Assembly (NCBI GenBank): GCA_965112155.1
Contig: OZ218100.1
Strand: one strand, 5' to 3'
From: Podarcis liolepis
Lineage: Eukaryota
DNA length: 64,000 bases
Shown: positions 43,801 to 51,124 of the stretch, piece by piece
Position numbering within the stretch: the stretch's first letter is position 1
Layout of the letters: each line of letters starts with the position of its first letter
The notes under the pieces: model-generated
What the model saw: only the letters and a program-made list of their open reading frames with translations
What the model was told of the DNA's origin: nothing
Database searches by the model: none
Made by a program: the position numbers and the translations under genes

Positions 43801-46800
43801 GCCATTGGCTTCAGCCACGTATACTTGGTAATACCAGTGAGTGACTGCATGAAGAGCGAGATGCATCCTTTTCCTTAGAAGAGTCTATTTAATTCTTAGC
43901 CCATGAAAAAACTGAACTGCATATTAGGGCCAGTTCAAGCAGACACTAATCAGTGAGCCGTCAGGACTGCATAAACACCTTACAAAACTGTGCATGATAT
44001 CTAGGGGCAGATGAACCTGCCAATTTTTGTTTCTCTCCATTTCTTGTCACCCCTTCCCCATCTTTTTAAGTTCAGTTCTCCACATTTCAGATCAGTTTGC
44101 AATTTTTTTAAAATATATATATATATTCATGAAAATTCACATTCTTGTGTGAATTTATCCTAACATACACACTTTTGCAAACCATTATTTCTAATGGAAC
44201 ACATTTTTGTACTTTGTTTTCATGAATGCATTTCAAGTACACCCAATATATCCATTTTTGAACATATTTGTTTGGTTGGAGAATTCAGAGAAATGCAAAT
44301 TTGAAACAATGGCTGTGTTTGGGTTCCACATATGTTTGTCAGTTATGTATGGAGGTATGATGAATGTGTGAACAAGAACTCAGAAAGTCCGCCTGCTTTT
44401 CTCTGCCAGTTTAACTGTAATAAAATAGTTATGAGATTAGTAGCTCTGGCTTTCATTCTTCTCCTTTGATGCGTGATGTGCTCACATGATTGTCTCACTT
44501 CACAGATCTTGATTTATCATACCACTGCAAAAGTTTCCAAAAATAACCATGCCATCTGGTGTTGAGCCTGATTGTAGCCACATAATGCAAAATCAGAAGC
44601 TTGACAAGTGCTGTAGTTGTAAGATGCCACTTCAGTGCATGTCTGTGAAATACCTCTTGCCACCTACAAATGACTGTATGCATCAACCCTTTTCCACAAA
44701 GAATGTGGTGGGGATTACTTACGCTAACCTGGCACTGTATGTGGTTATTTTACAATACCCATCAGAAAGATTGCGACTGCTCAAACCAATTTTATTGTAT
44801 TGCAAAAACACCATGAAATTAAAAGAAGTAGGGTTTCTTTTTCTACATGTTAAAGGGCACAAGCTCAAATACTTAAATATTTTGCATAACACTTCTTCCT
44901 AAGTAACCCAGTGTAGGGTGTTTGTTTGTTTGTTTGTTTGGGGGGGGGGGTTGTGGCTTGATTCTCTACTTCACATCCTACTGAACCCTTTGCATTCACA
45001 GGAGGCCATTCAAAACAAAAAAGAGTATCTGAAATCCAAGCTGATGGCAGAACAAGAAGCGATTATATTTCAGCAGCAGCTGCGGGCTGCAAGGAAAGCT
45101 TTGGCAGAGTCTCAGACTGAGAATAAAAGGCTGAAGCAACAGCTAGACAAACAGGTATGTAACCAAACTCTACTGTAATACAGCAAATCTATACAGCAAA
45201 TCAAATTACTTTCACTCGCATTGACTTCAGTGCTGAAGCTATGAGATGGGCAATGAGAGATAGTCTTGGGGTGTAATGTTCTGCACTCCCTCCATGGAAG
45301 ACTTTAGGTGTATATAGGTGTAAAAGAAACCATATATCTTAAAATGCAACTGCCTTCACTGTGTCTGACCCCCAATGGAATCATGATCCTGGGTGAGCGC
45401 CTGGAACTCCTGGAATCTTGCTACTGCTTGGCAGAGAGTGGGGGAGGCACTGAACCTTTGTAATATTACTTATGTAGGAGGTGAAATGTGCACTATGTGA
45501 TGTGCCTGCCCACACCAATTTAAGATTCCAGAGATGGATGTAATTTAGAAATTAAAACCCTATAAGAATAGCAGTGGCTTAGAGAGGATTTGCATAGCAG
45601 CTCCTTGTAGCTCCTTGTGAAATTGGGGAACCATCTTACATACTGAGAATCAGAATACTTGCCAAATGTGTTGTTTCTTGAATCATTACTGTTGACAGCA
45701 AAGACAGAATGAATATATTACATTTTGCCTCTTCTCAGCAAAACTGTTCAAGATCATTATTCAACTGAAATGAAAATACAATGATCTGAAATGTGAAGAT
45801 GCAAAATGTCTCCGCATACTTCCAACCCTCAATACAGTTAACACAAGTTTTATAGTAATTAATATCTAACAGTGAAGGAGAGAGGGTTTTTTGATGGTGA
45901 AACCCTCACTTTGACCTTTCCAAAAGAAGTCAGATTGGTGCAAGTGTTAATGTGTCTGTATTTGCCCAGACATTTAAATTTTGTTGTATTGGCTTAGCTT
46001 ATTACAACATCCAAACTGCTCAATAGTGAATCTTCCAAAGCAATTTACAACACAGATTAAATAATGTCATCATAACACACATAGCAGTTCTTATTCTGCA
46101 GAATTTCTGGTTTATATCTTTCCTACATTGGACACTGTTTTAAACCAGAAATTCTGCAGAATAAGAACAACTTCACTGCCAATAAATATTATTTGAAATA
46201 AAATTGTCTTCATCTGCCTTTTAAGTGCCAAGAATAATATCCAAGTAAGTCATACATGAATAGACCTACTTAAATCAATGGGTCTACTCTGAGTATGATA
46301 GCATTGGATATCACCCATGTTCTCTTCTCCTGTGTTTTACAAATCTCTTTGGTATTTTATGCAAAGGGACACTTGCTACAGGAAGTAGAACACAGGATGA
46401 ACCAAGAAGTTCACAGAAAGCAGCAACTAGATCTAATTAAGACAGCAAACTTGGAAAAAATGCTGGAAAGCCTTGGAGAGAGAGAACTGAGATTGCAGTG
46501 TCTAACAGAAGAAACTGAAAGATCATCCAAGATAAGGCAGCTTCAGGGGGAAAAGGTTAAAAAAGAAATCCAACAGGTAAGTTTATAAATACATACTTTC
46601 AGTAGCTCATGTGCCAGTGGTTATATGTTCCAAGATGGGGGATTAATATTGCAAACAGGTCATTGACAGTGGGCGATTTTTATACTTATCCACACCAAAC
46701 CATCCCACCCCCATCCCAAAAGGGTAAATCAAGGTTTAATGGTGGAAAAATGCAGATAGGCAACTAGACACCAATGATGTTGTGCAGACTGGGTGAAAAA

Positions 46801-49800
46801 CCTGTATGCATGATCAGCGCTCATCCCACAATTAATACCCAAAGTTTCATAAATATTGCTTAACCAAGCAGCATCTGATATAATCATGCAGGTTCATTCA
46901 AAGTTTGCAACTTTCAATTCCTTCCTTCTCTTATGTATTTCATTTTCATAAATGGACAACAAAGATACATAGATTTGGAACTGTAATGTTCGCTTAGAAA
47001 AATTTAGTATCTTTTTAGGTAAGAAGTCAGCTGTCCCAGGAACGCAGTTTAAAACTGGATGCTTTCCAGAGGATAAAAGAGCTGCAGCATCAGCTGTATG
47101 ACTCAGAAGTTGCAACATCCCAGAGAAATTCTTCTGCAGGTATGAATGAATGTAGGTTGAATGAAAGCTGGTTGCAAGAATATTGGTGTTCAATAGATTG
47201 TTTATTTCATGCCCTGCTGTATTTTGAAAATGCATTATACTTTACTTTGGTTGTTAAACAGTTAACAGTAAATGTGCTGGTTAATAGGTTATTAAATGTG
47301 AACCAAAGATGCAGACCTTGGACTTAGTTAGGTCACCATGCCCTCTCTCATATACCAGGAATAGATCAACACAGACAGAGACAGAGTACAGACCCTGTTA
47401 TCATCCCAGGCTGTGGCGGGGGAAGTAGGTGCCTACACTAAGCTGTTGCCAGATTTGCATGAGAAGAAATACATGCACCCATTGTGGCCTTGTAACTCCT
47501 ATAAAGCCTCTCCTGGGGGGCAGGAAAGGCCTGGGAAGTGCAGAGGGAGTTGGAAACAGCCAAAACTCAGGCTGAGGCAGCTTGTGCAGGAAGATTTCTC
47601 AGGGTGCGTGCACACCTGGGTAACCCATGAAGCTCCGTAAAGCCCAGTATTGTCTACATTGTCTTACAGAAGCTCTCCACAATCTTAGGCAGAGGGCCCT
47701 TCATATTACCTGGCTACTTCTTTTAAAGGAAGACCTAACAAGGGGATCTTCTCCATGCAGAACTCATGCCCCCTCCCCTCAGTAAGTTAGGGAGTGCACT
47801 TTCACTTGCGCAAGTCTGGATACAACCCAATGAGGGCAGAGGTCCTAGATCCTGTCTCACACTTCAGCTAACAGCTGCTTTGAACTAGGAGTTTCTCATT
47901 ACGCTAAGCGGCTTAGTGTTAGTGTCAAGCCTGTATGGGAGGCAGCAGTACCAAGTTATTTGGCAGGCTGTAGCAATGAAGCAGCTACTTGTTGTCCTGT
48001 CAGTATATTATTGCAAGATTGCAATAAATGTGGATGGTGATATGAGCATATAAGGATGGGATAAATTAATTTCTCAGCCAGTTTGACTATTCACTTAACC
48101 ACCCCAGCTGTCATATTACATTGTGTTTGATAGCTGAGCCAAAGCTCCAAGTAGATCCAATTTGTTAATCTATTTAAAAGATGCTAAACTGAATTTGTAA
48201 GCTGATCAGATTACTGCTCCCCACCTCTAAACCTTAAGCAATAGCATTAAATGAATACTTTTTGAACAGACACACAACTGAGACAAAGTGTATTGCTAAT
48301 GTGATACAATAGTAGTGACTGACCATTGTTTCATGTGAACGTCTTGTTGCATTGTAGAGAGTAGCAGTTTAAGGTGCTATCTTTCCAAAGAAAAGTCCAT
48401 TTTACTAAATCAGTCCAGGAAGCAAACTGTTTACATGGCTGTATATTGCACAGTATTGATTTCTGGAACAAATGTATGCCTACAACTCACGGCATTGCCA
48501 TCTTAATTTGCAAAGATTGTAGAAATGAACTAAAATTTTTCCTACTGGTGAACCCTCTATTGTACAAGTAGTTCACTTACACTAGTTAATGTTCAAATCC
48601 CTTTTGCCTGACATAGACAATTCAGTTATCAGCACACTCAGCAGCTGAAGTGCATGCAAAAAATTCATCTTAATTTACTCTTGCCTTTCAAAATAGTCCA
48701 ATTAAAGGTAACACCTGTATCTCCTAACATTTTAGTGCAAGGATATGCAAGGGATACACAAGGCAATTTAAACAGCACTAGATTCAATCAGTGCTAGGAT
48801 CGCAAACATATCTTGCTATCTGTACAGCCCAATACATTTACCAGAAGATAAGTGCATTGTGACTCAGAAAGCAAAGACATTTGGCCATGTCTTCTACCTT
48901 TAATTGTTTCAAAGGTGTCTTATCTTACTATATAATAAAACTGCGGAGTGTTGCCACTGTTTCAGAGACCACATAGAATGTGGTCTGACCCCCAAATGAT
49001 GCTTCAGCATAACTGTATTGGCTTGAAAGTGTGTGTGGGGGGGGGTGGTCTCAGTGGTGGGCCACCATGGGCATAAAAAAGGCAGGAAAACTGGCTGTAT
49101 TGCCTTAGCTTTCACCTCATAGTAGTGTTGGTGCTTGTCTTGAGATGCCATACTATATACATAAAAACATAGGTAGCCCAAGCCAACTGTTTAATGGAGG
49201 GAAGTGCTTCAGAAAACTGCTCTCTGAAGTGTCTCCCCACCCCGTTTAATGGTGATAGGGCTTGGATCAAGCTGTGAGAGGACAGGCAAGGTGTAAAGGG
49301 AAGAGGGTTGCCAAGTGGAGCTAGCAAGGGCAGTTTAAATGAACTTGTACATGTTTCATTTTGGGCAAAGGAAAGCAACAGACATTATAAAAATACTTTT
49401 AACAGATGTCGTTAACTTTTAAAATTTTGTGCTTTGTATGGATTCTTCTCACAGATTATCTAACTCATGTCCTTGGCTTTTACAGCTGTAAGAAGAAAGT
49501 CTGCTAATACTTCACACAGTGCCAGCAGTATAAATCGCTCACTTTCAGGTAAAAAGGAATCGTACTACTAGCATCAGCTGTTTTACGATGCTTTCTTCTA
49601 CTTCTTTCTGTAAATTTCATCCAAAGTTCCCAGGGCAGTTCACAATATAATAATGCAAACAAAAATACCTCCCCCCAACATTATTTCTTAGAAAGCCTCT
49701 CTCTCAACTCACCTTAAGTCCACATTTCCTTAAGCTAGTCCTTTTCAGTGTCAACCTAGACATAAAGTTAACGATGTAAGATGTGTACTTTTCTGGTTTT

Positions 49801-50967
49801 GAAATAGCAGCCATGAGTCTCTGGGCCCATGCAGGGTGGTGAGGGAGAGTTTGACACCCTCTTCCACTGTGGAAGTCCTGCGACATGAATTGTTTTCTCA
49901 GAAGTCTTTGCATTTAAAGGGAGACATCCATTCGGGACAAATGAAAGAAATCCTTGAAATGCAAATAGCAGCTTCAGCGTCTTTGGGGTGGTGTGCACAG
50001 TGGCGGAGAGAAAACGTTCCATTTCCCATCGCTCTGATCCTGAGGCTCATCAAGCTTCCATGTAGCAGCTTTTCACAAAAGAAATGAGCTCCCATTGCCC
50101 TAAGATAGTATACCATGTCCTAATTTGAAAACAGTTTCTTTAAAAATTGATACACAGAAGCCTGTTGCTAATATACACTACTACTAGATAAACCGCGATT
50201 GTTATCAGACCATTTATTGGAATCGCATCGAAGATCATTCACATTTTAACTGTTAACCATTGACTGAGAGAATATTGTAGAAAAATGGAAATCTCTCCTT
50301 TACAAAACAATAGTGTCAACAGCAATGTATTACCAAGGAATACAGTGTCAGCAGTGTTTGCACACAAAAACATGTTCTAGAACAAAGTTCCACAAAGGCA
50401 GCACTTAAATGACATTATTTAACATTATGTTCCAGGCTCTGCTTCATGGAGCCAGAATACAGGCATTTCAACATTCACGTTAACCAAGGACTTCAGGCAT
50501 CAGCTTTTGGTTGCTGACTCTGTGGGTAGCAGCAATATAAAACCAGAAAAGATTCAGAGGCCCAAAACGGTGAGTAGTGAAGTATTTGGGGAGCAATGTT
50601 AGTATGAATCTCTAATGCAAGGCAGTGACAATTGGGTTGTAGACATGTTAAGCAAGCTATACTGAGGACTTGCTTTATAAAATAGTGATATTAGATGAAC
50701 TCTTCATTCATGCTTCTCAGGGAATTCCTCCTGTACAATAAACTTTTGGTCCACAGCAGTTAAGAGAAGCCATCTACCCCCAAAAAAATGAATGAAATTT
50801 TGACTATTCAAGGTGAAACAGATGAGAATTACAACAGTTTTTATTTATATTTAAAGGTACCTTGTGGGTGGAGAAATAGCGTGATAGATGTTCTCTTGCC
50901 AGCTCTTACAGACAACTCTTCTATGTCACCTGTGCAGTTTTGTGGACAGAAGACATCTGAAAAATAA
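1727..50967 (+). CDS. CCDC162: CCDC162-like large coiled-coil protein (C6orf183/C6orf184-like, DUF4549 N-terminus); 5'-partial gene, 46 exons in window, about 2143 aa
   Basis: GT-AG exons chain with consistent phases, 6432 nt in total, with no internal stop. The N-terminal peptide VAEAKPLVIQADLMQRELEICLKREYTFESLPLLLHQ resembles C6orf183/DUF4549. The C-terminal exons are coiled-coil-like. Tail-to-tail position next to CD164 matches the human 6q21 arrangement. Confidence 0.88.
2667..3100. mobile_element. Degenerate hAT-type non-autonomous element
   Basis: gggggtggggaacctcaggccc start and ttcctgacccctg end resemble hAT MITE TIRs. Confidence 0.45.
3457..3570 (+). CDS. CCDC162: CCDC162 exon 2
   Basis: gtatag|...|gtatac; FFTERITHLVQSKYLHMLRWKRFCQHSSVIEQFYPLYQ. 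Confidence 0.9.
4750..4944 (+). CDS. CCDC162: CCDC162 exon 3
   Basis: ccctag|...|gtgaga; KQVAHIMQEYNDAVQRAARL...KTIHNYLQ. Confidence 0.9.
5058..5208 (+). CDS. CCDC162: CCDC162 exon 4
   Basis: ctgtag|...|gtaaga; VLQYLPVSHRMEI...DISATD; phase 0-1. Confidence 0.82.
5474..5880 (+). mobile_element. tRNA-derived squamate SINE (Squam3-like), interrupted by a small insertion at 5543-5743
   Basis: tRNA-like head (gccatatctcagtagtag) and 3' part ending tgactcagtataaggcag; same family as 57170-57352; insert cagggg...ccctg has degenerate 8-bp flanks gcccttgg/gccctctg. Confidence 0.65.
7518..7660 (+). CDS. CCDC162: CCDC162 exon 5
   Basis: ttatag|...|gtaatt; FQTTLPQHTAEIEELKPQL...DEMELFSM; phase 1-0. 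Confidence 0.85.
8047..8199 (+). CDS. CCDC162: CCDC162 exon 6
   Basis: gcttag|...|gtaata; VMHEFRSIFSKQQTMRTFPVYD...ANWIPFIK. Confidence 0.88.
8703..8801 (+). CDS. CCDC162: CCDC162 exon 7
   Basis: aagcag|...|gtaata; IKPHQDPWQQK...LQIQSKFLE. Confidence 0.87.
9288..9452 (+). CDS. CCDC162: CCDC162 exon 8
   Basis: aactag|...|gtaaat; VSNPEQVMEVLQEQA...IWNKIYHNSRFHQ. Confidence 0.85.
10543..10655 (+). CDS. CCDC162: CCDC162 exon 9
   Basis: ggacag|...|gtgaaa; EQTSDDVDNP...SRKKKDT; phase 0-2 fits neighbours; weak acceptor. Confidence 0.75.
10805..10869. repeat. 22-bp tandem repeat x3 (acttacttcctgggaaggaagc)
   Basis: Seen directly; no spacers. Confidence 0.9.
11229..11358 (+). CDS. CCDC162: CCDC162 exon 10
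   Basis: atgtag|...|gtaaaa; YTTTLQLLGLDE...LRHLQIRELQ. Confidence 0.87.
11455..11658 (+). CDS. CCDC162: CCDC162 exon 11
   Basis: tactag|...|gtgagg; RICLGILNYFRSVERTLTI...HYTPADYK. Confidence 0.9.
12771..12963 (+). CDS. CCDC162: CCDC162 exon 12
   Basis: gcacag|...|gtaaga; VHSMQFMEFAEVENHDDFY...TQYIEAGK; phase 0-1. Confidence 0.9.
13202..13829 (+). mobile_element. 5'-truncated L1 LINE (ORF2 C-terminus, 3' UTR, A-rich tail)
   Basis: ORF ...KKPEAFLLGII...AARTLIAQNWK...EWNKF is typical of squamate L1 ORF2 ends; AATAAA and A tail; 10-bp TSD AAATGTTGAG (13192-13201, 13830-13839). Confidence 0.88.
13848..13982. mobile_element. Palindromic hAT-Charlie-type MITE
   Basis: Long TIRs cagtgtttcccaaactt...aagtttgggaaacactg; whole element is near-palindromic. 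Confidence 0.85.
14162..15154. mobile_element. hAT non-autonomous element carrying a nested solo LTR
   Basis: TIRs cagtgccagattt / aaatctagccctg; perfect 8-bp TSD TTTCCAGC (14154-14161, 15155-15162). Confidence 0.85.
14356..15016 (-). mobile_element. Solo LTR (661 bp)
   Basis: TG...CA ends with short TIR tgttatggaaa/tttccatatca; 5-bp TSD GGTCC; minus-strand AATAAA at 14476-14481; internal ~40-bp tandem duplication. Confidence 0.85.
15432..15559 (+). CDS. CCDC162: CCDC162 exon 13
   Basis: ttcgag|...|gtgtat; HKACRD...VDRSAVILDIWTCETAFLENKWQ; phase 1-0. Confidence 0.82.
16288..16488 (+). CDS. CCDC162: CCDC162 exon 14
   Basis: tttcag|...|gttagt; VLNSYFEAYQHALDSEERFALAQ...VLNKQ. Confidence 0.9.
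16600..16721 (+). CDS. CCDC162: CCDC162 exon 15
   Basis: ttttag|...|gtgagt; IDNQREYNHRIWRDG...QLIAINNT; phase 0-2. Confidence 0.88.
17807..18035 (+). CDS. CCDC162: CCDC162 exon 16
   Basis: ttaaag|...|gtacgt; SALKNVYLLEFHPSLG...YGSQIQKD. Confidence 0.88.
18637..18839 (+). CDS. CCDC162: CCDC162 exon 17
   Basis: ccatag|...|gtgaag; LFTEVLVEDPCLVRE...LTLRHRLIEAAVESAQLQ. Confidence 0.88.
19080..19377. mobile_element. Old hAT-type MITE
   Basis: caggatggggaa ... ttccccatccctg TIRs; similar to the fragment near 14037-14160. Confidence 0.6.
19581..19739 (+). CDS. CCDC162: CCDC162 exon 18
   Basis: ttttag|...|gtaaac; LYKEFAGEMGFDEFHLYLRPVYFEFA...SSVD. Confidence 0.9.
21099..21189 (+). CDS. CCDC162: CCDC162 exon 19
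   Basis: ttgcag|...|gtgact; YIPSSLMLNIHDIDNQIGKFSFRTRDSILQ. Confidence 0.88.
22032..22172 (+). CDS. CCDC162: CCDC162 exon 20
   Basis: cttcag|...|gtttgc; LLLKSHGLENLQIALACQV...TLDMK. Confidence 0.85.
22960..23108 (+). CDS. CCDC162: CCDC162 exon 21
   Basis: tttcag|...|gtaggt; EGVLSLRSQSSS...GRSILK; phase 0-2. Confidence 0.83.
23830..23941 (+). CDS. CCDC162: CCDC162 exon 22
   Basis: ctccag|...|gtaagt; PREAFVSIQLEKQGPRDMMLN...MQNP. Confidence 0.88.
24085..24510 (+). mobile_element. Internally deleted CR1 LINE ORF2 fragments
   Basis: RDAKKEFEDHIAKYIKANNKLFKYI...LDDKEVKDVLKED..IAEKL is a CR1 ORF2 motif; gagcaacttccctatgaagagaggttg resembles the CR1 RT 3' region. Confidence 0.75.
24630..24679 (+). 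CDS. CCDC162: CCDC162 exon 23 (50 nt)
   Basis: ttacag|...|gtaagt; EEVEKVKREVIVEYCH; its 0-2 phase is required to join exons 22 and 24. Confidence 0.85.
25691..25867 (+). CDS. CCDC162: CCDC162 exon 24
   Basis: ttttag|...|gtataa; MNHRISQYSLRSQIIAYYNSL...EDDP. Confidence 0.88.
26027..26156 (-). mobile_element. tRNA-derived CORE/MIR-like SINE
   Basis: aacaacaaccctgtgaggtagg...gcccaag...cattctaatcactaca is the reverse complement of a tRNA head plus core. Confidence 0.7.
26670..26787 (+). CDS. CCDC162: CCDC162 exon 25
   Basis: actcag|...|gttcgt; SFQTRPRGLLSTDGRSFLNLWFIPHPSE...LPEK. Confidence 0.87.
26840..27228. mobile_element. hAT-Charlie-type non-autonomous element
   Basis: TIRs cagggtggtccaac / gttgggctgccctg; flanks ttatagat/gtttagat. 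Confidence 0.7.
28622..28787 (+). CDS. CCDC162: CCDC162 exon 26
   Basis: ccatag|...|gttagt; TGFRALRQTLQIVAAFHDIISYIFSFAQLGN...AEWGGTEWI. Confidence 0.87.
28906..29039. other. Assembly gap (N run), intronic
   Basis: Run of N; exon phases on both sides match, so no frame-changing exon is missing. Confidence 0.99.
30015..30153 (+). CDS. CCDC162: CCDC162 exon 27
   Basis: ttctag|...|gtaaga; IELQDLQKKIDNL...LQFEAAVRHSV. Confidence 0.88.
30980..31334 (+). mobile_element. Full-length Sauria SINE
   Basis: tRNA head with B box ggttcgaatcc, diagnostic core caacctagcagttcgaaagca...tagataaataggtacc, (ACCTTT) tail; flanking repeat TGCTGTAATA at 30966-30975 and 31335-31344. Confidence 0.93.
32110..32263 (+). 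CDS. CCDC162: CCDC162 exon 28
   Basis: ctccag|...|gtgagt; EAFLSSGNVSAYQS...LPQPLDPHGHR. Confidence 0.88.
33165..33338. mobile_element. Tc1/mariner (Tigger-like) MITE
   Basis: TIR cagtggtacctcgggtta / taacccgaggtaccactg, TA TSD; partial further copy at 33402-33472. Confidence 0.9.
33679..34143. mobile_element. Young GC/CpG-rich hAT non-autonomous element
   Basis: TIRs cagtggcgtagcgtg / cacgctacgccgctg; perfect 8-bp TSD TTTGGTTT; internal tandem duplication near the right end. Confidence 0.9.
34206..34301 (+). CDS. CCDC162: CCDC162 exon 29
   Basis: ttttag|...|gtatgg; AVLLFPWRTFLANTGPFP...YNMQ. Confidence 0.87.
34556..34699 (+). CDS. CCDC162: CCDC162 exon 30
   Basis: ttctag|...|gtaaat; LCLCGLNDEDRKVVHGELV...ASFGK. 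Confidence 0.87.
35783..35830 (+). CDS. CCDC162: CCDC162 exon 31 (48 nt, tentative)
   Basis: cctcag|...|gtaggt; VSYSPPPDWMACKESV; symmetric phase 0-0, so not needed for frame. Confidence 0.5.
35980..36191 (+). CDS. CCDC162: CCDC162 exon 32
   Basis: ttttag|cag...|gtaagt; QNLAMTT...SYLILWKQLEILKAEWGRLKL...EQY. Confidence 0.87.
37288..37426 (+). CDS. CCDC162: CCDC162 exon 33
   Basis: gtctag|...|gtaaaa; TEVLYPAMRSMA...SETEIKTHQ. Confidence 0.87.
37663..37686. repeat. (AC)n microsatellite
   Basis: Seen directly. Confidence 0.95.
38751..38871 (+). CDS. CCDC162: CCDC162 exon 34
   Basis: tcctag|...|gtaacg; LQKLLESLEIHMI...EERNLST. Confidence 0.88.
39174..39430. mobile_element. Tc1/mariner (Tigger-like) MITE, same family as 33165
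   Basis: Same TIRs, TA TSD. Confidence 0.9.
39895..40004 (+). CDS. CCDC162: CCDC162 exon 35
   Basis: tttcag|...|gtacat; ELWKHHGMQEIFSVTRPEIVESFVQKLM...DAE. Confidence 0.87.
40470..40611. mobile_element. Old MER5-like hAT MITE; related fragments near 29850, 31440 and 60670
   Basis: cagttcccatca...tgatgggagttg palindrome and ggctacccctg end. Confidence 0.55.
40835..40984 (+). CDS. CCDC162: CCDC162 exon 36
   Basis: cctcag|...|gtattc; ITFPKDHL...MARERSNFETYSMFYEN...YQKEQ. Confidence 0.88.
41122..41175 (+). CDS. CCDC162: CCDC162 exon 37
   Basis: tttcag|...|gttagt; EMHAVEDKRGNAELGLSQ. Confidence 0.78.
41306..41473 (+). CDS. CCDC162: CCDC162 exon 38
   Basis: tgctag|...|gtaggt; VAELSHEMIMEMMALRAR...ICLQLK. 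Confidence 0.88.
41989..42141 (+). CDS. CCDC162: CCDC162 exon 39
   Basis: ttgcag|...|gtaagt; GRVDEYRL...EVRREGVDKMIDLKKKYG...HLAQ. Confidence 0.88.
43578..43712 (+). CDS. CCDC162: CCDC162 exon 40
   Basis: tcttag|cag...|gtgaga; QGHLQALQDENNQL...MSCWKETV...EMEK. Confidence 0.85.
45002..45154 (+). CDS. CCDC162: CCDC162 exon 41
   Basis: tcacag|...|gtatgt; EAIQNKKEYL...ENKRLKQQLDKQ. Confidence 0.88.
46087..46168. repeat. Perfect 28-bp inverted repeat with 26-nt loop
   Basis: gttcttattctgcagaatttctggttta / taaaccagaaattctgcagaataagaac. Confidence 0.95.
46367..46576 (+). CDS. CCDC162: CCDC162 exon 42
   Basis: gcaaag|...|gtaagt; GHLLQEVEHRMNQE...KVKKEIQQ. Confidence 0.88.
47019..47139 (+). CDS. 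CCDC162: CCDC162 exon 43
   Basis: ttttag|...|gtatga; VRSQLSQERSLKLDAFQRIKELQHQLYD...SSA. Confidence 0.87.
49486..49548 (+). CDS. CCDC162: CCDC162 exon 44
   Basis: ttacag|...|gtaaaa; VRRKSANTSHSASSINRSLS; phase 1-1. Confidence 0.7.
50436..50569 (+). CDS. CCDC162: CCDC162 exon 45
   Basis: ttccag|...|gtgagt; SASWSQN...KIQRPKT; phase 1-0. Confidence 0.8.
50857..50967 (+). CDS. CCDC162: CCDC162 terminal coding exon
   Basis: ttaaag|; VPCGWRNSVIDVLLPALTD...KTSEK then TAA. Confidence 0.78.
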   Translation, partial: VPCGWRNSVIDVLLPALTDNSSMSPVQFCGQKTSEK

Positions 50968-51124
50968 GCTTCTACTGCTTCTTTGAAGAGTTACTTGCTG
51001 GTTTGGGATGTTTGCTTATAGTTCTCCATAACTTTTAATAAGCCTCTTTCCCACCAGATTCTCTAGTGCCAAAAATCTGACGACGTGAGGTTATTAACTG
51101 GATGAAGCTAGCAACAGATTCAGC

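Noticed and set aside
49900-49970. Octamer motif ATGCAAAT and a nearby TTTGCAT as an enhancer
   Set aside because: Such motifs occur by chance at this density, and no conservation data are available to support the call.
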